A program made the translations under genes and the position numbers. From Antechinus flavipes (lineage: Eukaryota): a stretch of DNA of 64,000 nucleotides. Below are positions 49,381 to 62,350 of the stretch, piece by piece. How positions within the stretch are numbered: position 1 is the first letter of the stretch; each line of letters opens with the position of its first letter. The notes below the pieces were generated by a model, which saw only the letters and a list, made by a program, of their open reading frames with translations, had not been told where the DNA came from and searched no databases. Where the stretch lies: positions 293,942,001 through 294,006,000 of the forward strand of contig NC_067398.1 in NCBI RefSeq assembly GCF_016432865.1, given 5' to 3'.

Positions 49381-49730
49381 AACCTATTTCCTCAAAGGGA
49401 AATGATGATATAGAAATAATATATATTTTTTATATATATAAAAATATGCATATATATAATTATTGTAAATACTATATAGTATTTATATACTATATATATG
49501 TATATATATGCTATAAAAATATATAGGATATATAACATATGATATAATAATATGAAGGAGAGTATCAAATAAGACCTTTTTTTCTCTTTCTTTGTTTCTT
49601 TCTTCCTTAGAATATCAATAGAAGAATTTTTTTTGCTTACCTTCACATATTTGTTAGATGGGGAAGAAGAGGGGGAGAAGGGTGACAGAATTCTCCACTC
49701 ATTCATTTGGGAATAAACTTAAATAGTACT

Positions 49731-49900
49731 GGGGCAGCTAGATAGCACAGTGGATAGAGCACCAGCCCTGAAGTCAGGAGACCCTGAGTTCAAATTTGAT
49801 CTCAGACACTTAATCACTTAACACTTCCTAGCTGTGTGACCCTGGGCAAGTCACTATCCCCAATTGCCTCAGCAAAAAACAAAAACAAAACAAAACAAAA
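49731..49900 (+). mobile_element. WSINE1-type SINE, full length
   Basis: Canonical body, (CAAAA)n tail, TSD aaacttaaatagtactg/aaccttaaatggtactg (2 mismatches). Confidence 0.92.
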
Positions 49901-50419
49901 AACCTTAAATGGTACTGACATGACTTGGAGCCAGGAAAGAGAAAGACTGAGAACATGTCACTTCCTTTTGAAGAACCACTGCCTCAATGCCTAATAAGGG
50001 AATATCTTTGTCATTCCCAAAACACCTGAATCCTTGACTGCTTGCTGGAAATAGACAAGACTATGTGTGCTCCAAGGCTCCTGTTATATTTATATTTTAT
50101 ATTTATTTGAATTTAGAGCTAAAAGAGACTTCAGAAGTCATCTACTTTACAGATAACAAGAGCAGAATTCAGAGAGATGGAACCACGTGGCCAAGGTTGC
50201 AAAGGCATATATACATAGCAAAACAGATATTCGAACTCTGATCCTCTGATTCCAAATCCAAGATTCTTTCTACTGAGAAACACTGTCCTTCATGGGAATT
50301 TGCATTTTAATGAGAGTGTGGATGTGGAATTCTAAGATGGGATTTCTTTAGTTAGTCTATTAGGGTAAGAATGATGGCCTAGTACCCTTGAAATAATAAT
50401 CTCTATGTTAGCTCTCATC

Positions 50420-50700
50420 TAGTTACAATAATAATAACTAGGACATATACAGCACTTTAAGGTTTGAAAAGTTATTTCATTTGTTTCAGATTGTTATTTC
50501 ACTTAATCCTTATAACAACTGTAAGAGGTTATTACTATATATATTATATTTTACTACTATCATTATCCCTCATTTTACAGATAGAGAAATCAAGGAAAAG
50601 GCTCAGAATCATACAGCAGTTAGGCATCTGAGATAAAATTGTAACTTGAGCTTTTCTGACTCTGAGTCCAGTAGGCTCTACATAATGTCATTTAGTTGTT
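50420..50700 (-). mobile_element. MIR SINE
   Basis: 'cagcactttaaggtttgaaaag...atccttataacaac...ccctcattttacagatagagaaa...agtaggctctac'. Confidence 0.7.
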
Positions 50701-51622
50701 TCTTTGCTTTCCTTTTGTTAACTGAATAAGTAAAGCCATTGTTATGTTTCACAGTAGGATGTTATAAAATAATAGTTTTATTTTAATGATTAATCCACTT
50801 ATTCGGTGGAAACAATTTTCTTTCCTACTTGATATATGTAGGAAACTGACTACAGTAGAAAACTATTGAGGCCTTGGGGGGTGGGGGGGGGAATCAGAAA
50901 AAGAAAATGGACAAAGAGCAGAAGCAGGCTGCTTGCTTTATGATGGCAAAGTCTAGTTTATATTGTGTGTGTTGTTTAAACATATAAATTTGCTTAGCCT
51001 AGTTTATTTTTTAAAATGATTCTGTTTTCTTCTAAGCCTCTTGTTTATATACCTGTACACACACAAATGGATATGTTCCATAAAATATGACGGGCATTTC
51101 CAAGTTCTGCAAATGATTGGATCACTTTTGCCCAGTTGGGCAATGTATTACATTACTTAACATGCAACACAGATTTCCTGGGAAAGATGTGAAGTTCAGG
51201 GAATTTTAAAATGAACAAGGTAATAGGAAACACACTTCAAAAATGGGCAACTCCTTACTTAAGAGTTTCTTACTTAAGGAAATATGAGACTTAATGACAT
51301 TGGATAAAATAAGCCTTGGACTTCAAAATGGCAGTCTTACTGGTAGGAAGCCAACTGGTAGGGAACTTTTTACAAGTTTGATGGCTTCTTACAGCTGATT
51401 TACTTCTGTAAGTCAGAATCCTGGATCTTTATTGCCTCCTGGGTATTGAAGAGCTGGTATTTTGTAAGCAAAAGAACCCATAGTTAATTCTGTATGCCAC
51501 AACAATTAAAATAAATCTTCAAATTTTTCTTCAGAGTGAATTGATAGATCTTTTATAGGTTCTTCAAAGTTCTCTCATCCTTTCTATGACAATTCTATTA
51601 CGGTATTTTACTTTCTCCACAG

Positions 51623-51643
51623 ACTGAATGATAGAGTACATAA
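51623..51643 (+). other. Candidate 21-nt microexon (unverified)
   Basis: 'tattttactttctccacag|actgaatgatagagtacataa|gtaaga'; frame-preserving, open only in phase 2 (LNDRVH). Confidence 0.3.
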
Positions 51644-52129
51644 GTAAGATATTTGACTACCTTACAGGACCTCATTCCATTACAGACACTCTGCTTTTTC
51701 TTCCACCATCAAAGAGATTGAGGCTCTTTTACGTGACTGTCTTCAGGAATACATTACCCCTTTCCTTTACACTCTCTCTTTCAGTAAGATACCATAAGGA
51801 CAACACATTCTCCGAGTAGTCTTCTCTAATGTAATAATGAGAAATCTGTATTCACTAGATTCCTAGTGCTTAGCAGAAATGTTCATACTATTTTATGTTT
51901 TTCAAACTCTAACTAGATTGCCTGCTGATATGAGCTGGATGCTCCTGACTTCAGGCATCCACTGTGCCACCTAGGTGCCCCATTATGAATTCAATGATAG
52001 ATCACATCAGCTGCTAGTACTCAAACTTAGGCAGCTTTCATAAATCTGTGATAACTTAAACAGTTAAGACACCCAATGGCACATTCATTTTTGTTGTCTA
52101 AGTGACAAGCACAATTCCTTGAATATAGT

Positions 52130-52370
52130 TTTCTTGTTGTTCAGTTTCTGTCATGTTTGACTCTTCCTGATTTCTTTTGGGGTTTTCTTAGCAAAGAGAC
52201 TGGAGAGGAGTGGTTGTTTCCTTCTTCAGTTCATTTTACAGATGAGGAAAATGAGTGTTAAATGACTTGACAAGGGTCATGTATCTAGTTTCTGAGGCTG
52301 GGCTTGAACTTAGGTCTTTTTGATTCTAGAGTCTGCACTGCACCCATTGCATCACCTAGCTGCCTTGCTT
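52130..52370 (-). mobile_element. MAR1-type SINE
   Basis: 'tcatgtttgactcttcc...ggggttttcttagcaaagagactggag...cattttacagatgaggaaa...cacctagctgcc'. Confidence 0.82.
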
Positions 52371-54242
52371 TATGTATAGTAGCCGCCTAGCAAATAAATA
52401 TTCCTTGAAGTTAATTGAATTAAAATATAGGAGAAATATATGTGCTAATTATTGATATTAAGAGCTCTAAAACTTCAGAGACAGAAAGTAATGTAGTAAA
52501 ATGAAAATTGTCAATAAAATAGATTTTGTGTCAGAGTTCCTAGGTTTAAGTTAGGAATCTGCTACATGGGCAAGTCACTTAATATGCAAGATTTTATTCT
52601 CCTTTTCTATAAAATAGGTGTGTGTGTGTGTGTGTGTGTGTTCATGTGTATACTAGATGACTTTTAATATCCTGCCCAGTTCTAAATCTACAATCTTATG
52701 ATCCCAAGATCACTGTGGGTTTGGATGTCCAAAGAAAAAAGAATTTTCATTGGACCTTGAAGAAGAGATAAGATTGAGATAAGTATGTGAATGAATTCAT
52801 ATGGATAAAGATATATGTGTCTATATATGAATATGTATGTGTATATATCCCTATATGTCATGTTTTGCTTTCCCAAAAGTTTTAGGTTTGTACAAAACTT
52901 GAGCATATTTTATTATTTCATTCCAATTGGCTTTTGTCCACTTGGTCTTCAGTCTCCCTCCAGTCTTCCCAGAGAAGTTTCAGTAAATGTTACTGAGTTC
53001 ATTTTTTCTCTGCCAACAAAATACAGGCTGATGCATTTTTTTTTCCATGCCAAATTGTTGCTACCATAGAAGACTTAAGGACTTGCCTTCCATTCTGGAA
53101 AAGTAGCTCTGGATTGTGAAGGCAGATCCCCTAACCCTTTTAACTTTTCAACTGTTTAATTTTTACAGTTTAAAAATTATTTTTAGCATATATTCAATAT
53201 CTCTTTACACAAATGTGCATATTTTTATATACATACACACACATATATACATATAGATATATGTAATATTCATATGTACCTTTCAAGGAGATGTAAGTAT
53301 ATTTGGGCTCAGTTCCTTATTTATAAAATGAAATGATTTGACACTAATTTGATGTTTTCATTATCTCATTTTAGAGAACACATAATTTATATCTTGAGAA
53401 ATCAACATTCAGAATACTACATATATGTATGATCTCAACTATCTTGGAACTCAAATGAATTTTATTCATTTATGCCTCAAAGGGATAAAAACCACAGACA
53501 TAAGGAGCAAAAATCCCTAACAAAATTAATATCCAAGTGAAATTCTCAAGGTCAAAAATGCTCTCTCAGGGAATCTCCAGATGTTCCTATTTTCCAGGAG
53601 CTTTCATCCTTAGTCTGGTTGGATGATATCATTAGAATCATCCTAACACCCCTGGCTCCACATGCTCCTATGGATAGAAGTGGATCAAGACTGTGAGAGA
53701 GACTAAACCTTTGTGCAAAGAATGAAAGTTTCCAGAGCTTAGTTATATGAACTTTGGAAAACCATTCCAGCAGACAATAGAAGTTTCCCTTACCTAGGGT
53801 TGAGGGGCTGGGTGGGTGGCCTTATGAGTGGCTTGCATGAGGAACTTATTGTTTTTGAAGAAGAAAAAAATAAGAGGAGGAGCAGGAGGAGGAAGAGGAG
53901 AAAGGCAAGCAGCTGATCTCCACTTACGCATTTCCTAAGAAGGGGTGTAAATGGAATGTGCAGAAGCTGATGACTATACCACTCCAAGATCTTTGTGAAA
54001 AACATTTAGGTATTTTTAACTCCCCTCATCCTATCCCTACTAATGGCAATCATTTATCCCCAAAGTTTTCTTTGTTCTTTAGGTAATTCATAATTCTGTA
54101 TTTGCATAGTAGTTTTTAAAGCTAGCTTATCTTTGATATAACCTTATGACTGATTATAACTTCTCAGTGATGTGTATATGCCCTTAATTGTCAACAGAGG
54201 AGCTACAAGGCAAATAAGCAATGAATGGCTTATAATATATAT

Positions 54243-54312
54243 GTGTGTGTGTGTATGTGTGTGTGTGTGTGTGTGTGTGTTTGTGTGTGTGTCTGTCTGT
54301 CTGTCTGTCTTT
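54243..54312. repeat. (TG)n + (TCTG)n microsatellite
   Basis: Directly visible. Confidence 0.95.
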
Positions 54313-54669
54313 ACATAGAGGAAACACCTCTTTTTGACTTTTGGAGTAAAAGTAAGCTATAATTAGATCATTTGATTTTCACAACTATTTTGAGACATAT
54401 TCAAATGGGTACTTTTACAATATGCTATATCTATATCTATATCTGTATATGTGTGTGTTTGTTTTTATATGTGTATTTGTGAATAATTACATAGATAAAT
54501 AGAGGATAGATGGATGATATGTGTATTTGTTAAGGTGGGGGTGGGGGAGGTTGAAGCAGTTCTGTATATTTCTTAGTGAGGAAATCCAAGTACTATACTG
54601 CATATAACATGTGTCAATAATAATTGTTTCAGTACTAGCCAGAAGTCCTAAGAGTCTTCCCTTCTCATA

Positions 54670-54985
54670 TTTTTTTTTTAAATTTTTGAGTAGGCAAACT
54701 AGGCTATTTTTTGCCTCATTTCTTACCTAGTCTAATCATTAAATGGGCCTTACCTCAGTGAGATCTGGAAAAGGCATTAGTTTAAAAAGACCAAGACTTC
54801 CCGCTCTATCTAGAGTCATCTCTAGTCATCCTGACCTTTGTCTTGCTACTGGACTCATGACTCTAGAGAAGAAAGTGAGGCTGACCACTTTGTCCAACTC
54901 TGCCTCACTTAAATCCAATTCATTTGCAAGTCAAAACATCACCTCCGGATGCCATTGGTCCTCTTCAAGAACAAGATAAACAATA
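54670..54985 (-). mobile_element. Marsupial RTE-related SINE (WALLSI/MdoRep-type)
   Basis: 'ctgcctcacttaaatccaattcatttgcaagtcaaaacatcacc...cattggtcctcttcaagaac'; homologous to 31030-31290. Confidence 0.7.
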
Positions 54986-55118
54986 GCATGTGTAAGCATG
55001 TACCTCCTTGGTGGCCCTTTCTATCAAGGTTTGGAGGTTTAATAGAAAGCAAAAGTGGAGAGATATTCAGTCCTTTCTCAGGTCTCCAACTTTGAATATG
55101 GGAACATCTACTTTTCTT

Positions 55119-55650
55119 TTCTTTTTTTTTTTTTTTTAAATTTAAATTTTATTTTATTTAATAATAACTTTGTATTGACAGAATCCATGCCAGGGTAATT
55201 TTTTACATTATCCCTTGCACTCGCTTATGTTTCATTTTTTCCCCTCCCTCCCTCCACCCCCCCCCCAAGATGGCAAGCAGTCCTATGTATGTTAAGTATA
55301 TTGCAGTATATCCTAGATATAATACATATTTGCAGAACTGAACAGTTCTCCTGTTGCATAGGGAGAATTGGATTCAGAAGGTAAAAATAACTCGGGAAGA
55401 AAATCAAAAATGCAAATAGTTCACATTCATTTCCCAGTGTTCCTTCTCTGGGTGTAGCTGTCTCTGTCCATCATTTATCCATTGAAACTCAGTTAGGTCT
55501 CTTTGTCATAGAAATCCACTTCCATCAGAATACATCCTCATACAATATCGTTGTCGAAGTGTATAATGATCTCCTGGTTCTGCTCATCTCACTTAGCATC
55601 AGTCCATGTAGGTCTCTCCAAGCCTCTCTGTATTCATCCTGCTGGTCATT
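55119..55650 (-). mobile_element. Young L1 3' end, 5'-truncated
   Basis: Long poly-T, perfect 16-bp TSD aacatctacttttctt (55103-18, 55651-66), several intact CpGs. Confidence 0.96.
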
Positions 55651-56399
55651 AACATCTACTTTTCTTAAATGACACCTTTTTCCTCCTATAAGGCACTACC
55701 TTCTCTCCATCTCTCCCTCTCCTCCAACCCTTCCTTCCCTTTCTTTTTCCTCTCTCTCTCTCTTGGATGTATGTATGTATGTATTGTTCCCTCTTTAAAG
55801 GAGTAGCCCAGGGCCCAGGAATTCTGCCTCTCTCCCCATACTATCCTTATTTTCCTATTTAAACTCCAGGTCCAAAGCTGCATCCCTGGACACAATGTTC
55901 CCATCTTTCCCACTGATCCCTCTCCTTGACATGTGAGATTGTCTCCTCAAATAGTCCAAAGAAATGGTAGGCTAAGCAGGAAAGTGTTCAAATATAATTG
56001 GGGGAAACATTCCAAATTGAGAACTCTTGAAAAGTTCTTTGCAATTTTATTTTATTATGCATCCCACCAATATCAGTTTCATATATCATATCACACCAAT
56101 CATACCACCAATCAGTTTCATACATTATATGAGCACAGAGGGTCAAACTTCCCAAAAAATATGGCTGGAGTGAATCCAGTGAGTTCTAGGGGTCATAGTT
56201 CATATTATCCCTAGAATTATATTAAACCCAAAGGGTTTCCTGTTCACCCAGTTATCGGAAACAGCAAAATTTAGCAAGATGGGTGGCTAGTGAAGACCCA
56301 CTGGAGTACCTCTGTGAGTGTGGAGAGAGAGTGTCTCCCTTCCTAGTTAGTTACTTTTCTGGACTTAGAGAAATCAGATAGAGGAAAAAAGCTTCCAGC

Positions 56400-57180
56400 A
56401 AAACAGTATCTATTTAATAAAACATGGAAAGAAATGAATTTTTCCTTAATATCACCAATAATAATTTATCTAAAACCAAAAGCTAACATTATCAGTAATG
56501 AAGAAAACACTAGAAACTATTCCAATAATACCAAAGCTAAAACAGTTATCATCTCACTGTTCTTTTGATATCATTTTTAAAATGCTAGCAATAGCAATTA
56601 AAAAAAGAAATTAAGGAAATAAACTGCAACAAAAAGTAATCATGTTATATCTATTTTCCAATGATATTAGTTTCTCTACGTAAACTTGAAAAAACAGAAT
56701 ATATAAAAGGAACCCATAAAATAACCAACTATTGTGTATTTTACTAAAAATCCCAAGAAAATGAGATAAAAAATTTTCATCCAAATAATAACAAAATCCA
56801 TAAAAAATCTGGAAGTTAAACCACTAAAACATGCTCAGAACTTATATGAACATAACCAAAAACACTCCAAAGTATAAAAGTATATATCCCAAAGACATGA
56901 AAAACAAAGAGAAAATCACATGTAACAATATATGTATGTATATACATATACACATGTATGTTTGTAGAAGTAATTTTATTATAGAAAAAACTGAAATGAA
57001 AGTGGGCATCCATTAATTGGGAAATAGCTAAATCAATTGTGGCCAATATATGTAAAGGGCTATTATTTTGCCATTAGAAATTATGCTTATGAAGAATTCT
57101 CTCTAGAAAGACTTATATGACCTAATCCAGAGAAGAAAAAAGCATAAATAGGTGAATGAAATACACAAGGCCCACAATGA
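56400..57180 (+). mobile_element. Old, heavily degraded L1 ORF2 (RT to 3' end)
   Basis: 'atttatctaaaaccaaaagctaacattatc' (IYLKPKANII), 'aatgctagcaatagcaatt...gaaattaagg' (MLAIAI...EIK). Confidence 0.7.
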
Positions 57181-57419
57181 TGTATAGTTCATAGTATAAT
57201 GGATAAGACTAGTCTATATCTAGATTTCTGTCCCAGGAATAAACTATTTGAGCATGGTTAAGTAGCTTAACGTTTTTGTGCCTTAGTATCTCATTTTTAA
57301 AAATGAAACATTTGGATTCTACAATCTCTAAAGGTCTCTTTCAATCCTAAATGCATTGTTATTCAAGGAAAATAACATTAGAAAATATTAGAACTCTGAT
57401 CAATGCAGTCACCCAAAAT

Positions 57420-57885
57420 AATGCAAATCAGTGTTCCATAGACATTCTTCTCAAAGTCAACATGTCTAAAATAGATTTCATGATCTTTGACTCTAAATCT
57501 ACTCCTTTTTCAAATATTCATATTTCTCGAGCCCATCACTATTTTTCCTGTCACATATGTCTATATTATCATCTTTAATTCCTTATTCTCACTCACTTAA
57601 CACGTCCCATTTTCTCATTTCTATCTTTATAATTGCTTTCAAATATACTCATACAGCTACCACTCTAATTCAGATCCTCATCACCTCTTGCCTGAATGAT
57701 TCCAGTAGCCTCGGAATTGGCGTCCTTGCTTCCAGCCTCTCTCCTCACTCCAATTATCCACGAAAGTGATTTTCCCAAAGCACAGGGCTAATCATCTCTC
57801 TGTCTTTCTCCCTTTTATCTTGCTTTCTGTTTCTGTCTCTGTGTCTCTCTTTGTTTCTTTCTCTCTGACTCTGTCTGTGTCTAGT

Positions 57886-57957
<72 letters not shown>

Positions 57958-58110
57958 CATTTAATAAACTCAGTAGCTTCCCTTTACATTTAGATCCAAA
58001 TATAATTTCTCAACTTGATATTGAAGTCTCTTCACAATTAGGCCCTTTCCCTGCTTTCCAGACTTCTTACACAGTATTCTCTGCCCCGAACTTTGTGATC
58101 TAACTCTATT
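57420..58110 (+). mobile_element. L2 3' region interrupted by a compound microsatellite
   Basis: 'ctcaaagtcaacatgtctaaaat', 'ctcatcacctcttgcctgaatga...cagtagcctc', 'aaagtgattttcccaaagcacagg'. Confidence 0.85.
57800..57958. repeat. Compound (TCTG)n(TC)n(CA)n microsatellite
   Basis: Directly visible. Confidence 0.95.
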
Positions 58111-59299
58111 AGTTTACTTGATGAGGTACTGGGAAATCAAAAGACTTGGAAGAATGTGTAAGAGGCTGACTCTGAAGTCCCTGTTCCCTAACAATGAAGT
58201 TGGCTCCCTATCTGCTCTTCCACACTGTCTTTTCTCACCCTTCTTTGCTGATTCATTATCCATGTTACACCCACAGTGGGTGTTCCCCAAACCCTCCTTC
58301 CTTGCCTTTTCTCTAGAAAGAAACTTATTGTAAATGAGCTACAAGCATTAACAGTCCCACAGGAGTAGACTTCTTCACTTTCACTCAGTTTTAATACATC
58401 CTGTGAGATCATGAGACATCATTCAGCACTTCCAAATACTTAGAAACATTTAATCAATTAGTCGCAATCTCTTCCCACCCATAGGAGGGTGGGATGCCAT
58501 CTCTTTCACATCTAGATTCCCTCCCTCAGCCCTCCCTAAGCTAACAATAAAACTAGGGAATGATCCAAATCTATTTAACCATGGCACTGCCCTTTAGAGA
58601 ATTAGGGAGAGAAGGGTGGCTCTCCAGTGTCCTACTGTGATGTCACCTTTGGCTCCCTGTGGTAGTATTTTTTGGCTCTGATAGATCTTGACCTCTCAAG
58701 ACTCAGTTCCTTCAGAAAGAATATGCTGAACAAATCATTGACAAAAGGCTTGGCACTGCTCCATGTTAATGTGTTGTAAGGAAAAGGGGAGGAACAGGGA
58801 TAAAGAAGGGTGAACACACAAGAACTAAGACCATCATGAGAAAGGAGATGTTCACATTTAGTACAATTCACCTAGTAAAACAATTTTCATCAAGCATATG
58901 ATCTGGCCCAAAAATTAGGGAAGGGAAAAAAAAAAGGCTTTTAATTAGGCTTTTTAGTTTCCTTAGAAAATCACAAATGTAGAATTGAAAGGGATCTCTG
59001 AGGACATCTAATCTAGCCATTGGATATAGAGTACAGATAGGAAACTTGTAGATGGGACAACAGGGCTGAAGGGAGGAATAGGAAAAATATGTTAGGGATG
59101 GAGAATAAAAGGGTAAGCCATAGAGGAAAAAATGAGAAAAGCTTGGAATGAAGGCCAGGAAGCTCAGATGATTTCCCTAAAGTTCCATTGGCAAATTAAT
59201 ACCAGAAAGAGGAATTGAACCCAAATCTTGGGAGTTAATGCTCATTGTACTAAGATCATGTTTTCTCTGTAAAGAAACACATTTTGTTATTAGGTCATT

Positions 59300-59480
59300 T
59301 TGATTTTGTCCAATTCTTTGTGCCCCCTTTTGAGATTTTTTTTACAAAGATATGAAAGTATTCCAGTTCATTTTATAGATGAAAAAACTGAACCAATCAG
59401 ATTTAAGTGACTCATCCAGGGTCACACAGCTAGTAAGTGTCTGATGCTTGATTTGAACTCAGGTCTTCCTAATTCCAAAT
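59300..59480 (-). mobile_element. MAR1/MIR SINE followed by (CA)n (59495-59540)
   Basis: 'cagggtcacacagctagtaagtgtctga...gatttgaactcaggtcttcc'. Confidence 0.78.
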
Positions 59481-59501
59481 CCAAATCCAAAGATAAACAC
59501 A

Positions 59502-59542
<41 letters not shown>

Positions 59543-59949
59543 CACTCTACACCAATTTTCTCTCATAAGTTCTTGGTAATTAAGCCCATAAGTAGAAGCA
59601 ATATACTATATTAGTAGGAACACTCAAATATGATCTAAGGGACACGCCCTAATCCTCATAGCTATTCATATGAGTCTTATCTTTCCTATGTCCCATCTGA
59701 CTCTACCCTATGCTTCCTTTGTGCTTTTTGGAGACTATGTTATGTTATTTATAATCACCCTTCCTATTAGGCCTGTACTTTCCTTCCTAATGCTGAAAAC
59801 TTTATCTTGCACTTAAATTTCCATGTATGTGTTATTTTCCTCAGTAGCACATAAGCTCCTCAAAGGAAAAGATGGTTTCATGTTTGACTCTGTATTTTCA
59901 ATGCCTAATACAGTACATAGTAGGTATTTGATAAAAATAATACCCTTTT

Positions 59950-60543
59950 GTACTGTGGATGTCTCTGGTAGTCTAGTGGAACTTAGAAGACCTCCTTCTC
60001 AGAATAATGTTTCTAAATGCATACAATAAAACAAACACAAAACAAAAACAAAGAATTATAAAGAAAATCATTGATTGTAGGGGGATGAAACTCTGAAAAG
60101 GTGTACTTGAATCTAAGACAGCAGAGCATTTAAGTCTATTTACCTATTTGATGTGAGATAATGGGTTCTATAAACATATATTTAGATGAGATGGTGATGT
60201 GATGGCTTTCCTCACCATTGGTGCTTGCGGAATGTGTGGTGGTGAGGTGATCATAGGCAAGGATTGGAGGTGTGAGGGAGAGAAGTCAGTCACTTGGCAG
60301 GAGGAGGAGAGAGGCTGGAGACTCCGAACTCCAGAGTCCAGGATTCATCTTTACCAAGCCTTGTGGCAACTTGAGTGCCTCCTTCACTTCTTCTCCTAAA
60401 GAACAAGTACTTTGACTGAAACTGACTCTGACTGATCCTGATGCCCTCCAGAGAGCTAGCCCAGACGTTATAATTGGTATTCAAATACAATTATCAAAAA
60501 AATTTTTAAAGCAAATTCATAAACCCCAGAATAAGAACCTCTG
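59950..60543. mobile_element. hAT-Charlie MITE (family of 29754-30289) split by an LTR
   Basis: 'ccttctcagaataatgtttctaaatgcatac' before, and 'aaatacaattatcaaaa...ataagaacctctg' after, the LTR. Confidence 0.75.
60076..60472 (+). mobile_element. Solo LTR (related to the 30680/47823 group)
   Basis: tgtagggg...gacgttata termini, 6-bp TSD attgat/attggt, 3' end similar to that of 47823-48172. Confidence 0.82.
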
Positions 60544-61164
60544 CTCTACAACACACCATATACATAATTAACCTGGCTTTATTGAGGATCCCCAATGAGA
60601 AAAAACTCAAGGAATAGCCTCTCCATCTCTGGATAGTGTTAACTATTTGGAATTAGCTCTGTTAATAAGCAGCCCAAGCTTATGTTTAACTTTAAAATCC
60701 TTTGGAATTTTCTTTTTCACCTTATATATATCCAATCAATTGTCAGATCCAGCCTATTCCTCTCTCTTGATCCATATCATTTGAGTCCAGTGAAAAGAAC
60801 ATGGAGTTAAAGTCAGAGGAGTTAAGTTGCAACCTTGACTTAGGATCTGGAACCAGAAGGAAACAGATGAGGAAACTGAGGCCCAGAGATGTTACAAAGC
60901 TAAGTCTGAAACCTGATCCCCAGTATCATGTTGATGTTACTGATGGGACCTTGGAGGAAGTTTGGGCAGGGGGGGAAGGGGGGAAGAGGGAAGGGCAAGT
61001 TTCTTATCTGTTTAAAAAGGAAGTGAGGGGTTGGATGAAGTAATAGCTAAAGTTCTTTCCAGCTATTAATTCTAACAATCTATGAGGTCCTAGGGGCTGG
61101 ATATATGTGGTAGCTTATCTACCACAAGAAAGTTTCAACTCTTCTATCTAATAACTTTAAATAC

Positions 61165-61283
61165 CATGGCTGTTGGGGCAGCTGAAGTCTGGAAGACCTG
61201 AGTTCAAATCTAGCCTGACACTTATCAGCTTGTGTGACTCTAGACAAGTCATTCAACCACAAATTGGAAGAAGAAGAAAGAAA

Positions 61284-61355
<72 letters not shown>

Positions 61356-61358
61356 AGA
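61165..61358 (+). mobile_element. CORE-SINE (WSINE1/MAR-like) with expanded (GAAA)n tail
   Basis: 'ggggcagctgaagtctggaagacctgagttcaaatctagcc...' followed by ~20 GAAA units. Confidence 0.75.
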
Positions 61359-62350
61359 ATCGAATCATTATTTCAAGTTAGAAGGGATATTAGAGGCTAT
61401 TTGGTTCAACCCTTCTTTCTACAGATGGTAACTGAAGGTCAAGGAGATTGCCCAAGGTTATATAAGAAATGGGCAGCAAAGACAGTATTTGAAATCAGGT
61501 CCTACGTCTGAAAATCCAGTACTTTTTGCTTTGTTCAACAAAACTTTTCTTCTATGAAAAAGTGTGTGCCTATGAAGTAACTAAGTCAAATAATAAGAGA
61601 TCAATTAGTTTTTGGAATAAGACTCAATGGAAAATCTGGTTATATCTCTTTAACTATAGTTTAAAATTATTGCTTACACATGGAAAAAGATAAGCAGCTT
61701 CCTAGATGATGTGGGCTAAAATTCAAGTACTTTCTACAATTTGAGAAGCAAGATTCTTAATCTGAGAGAACATGGAGTGATATTGCATGCATAAAGGGTT
61801 TTTTAAAGCCCACACTTACTTATTCAGAAACATTAGTTGGAACAAAGAGAAAAGTCCCATGTGAAATTATTAATCAGCAGTCCTCGTCACTGCTTTTTAA
61901 CTAATGTCCAGGGAAAATTTCAGGTTTAGGATTACAAAGCAAATAAGATGAGGTCTCTTTTTATAACCCTTATTTATTGTATTTTCCCCAATAGTACCTG
62001 TTTTTCCAGACTTGTAATTAGCCCTAACTAGAATAAACATTTGAACATATTCTTCCCAGAGATAAATTAAAACTGAATTTTAAAAAACATATTTGCATTT
62101 TTTATTTCAATATATAAAAAGCTTTTTAAAATCTATTTTTAAAATCAGTTATTCAGATGTTTAAGGTTCGCATCTGGTTTAAACATTTTGCTTTTTGAAG
62201 TTCCCTAAACCACCCCCTCCACCACTGAGTCTGCTTATTGCGTGGATTTGTATGGGATTCTTTTGGAGCAAGAAAAGTTTTATAAGGAAATGACTAGTTC
62301 AGAATTGTTTTTAAAAATGGAATAACATTCTGCTCATGGAACAATATTCT

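Noticed and set aside
58690-58770. Protein-like peptide TQFLQKEYAEQIIDKRLG
   Set aside because: Bounded by stops with no adequate splice sites.
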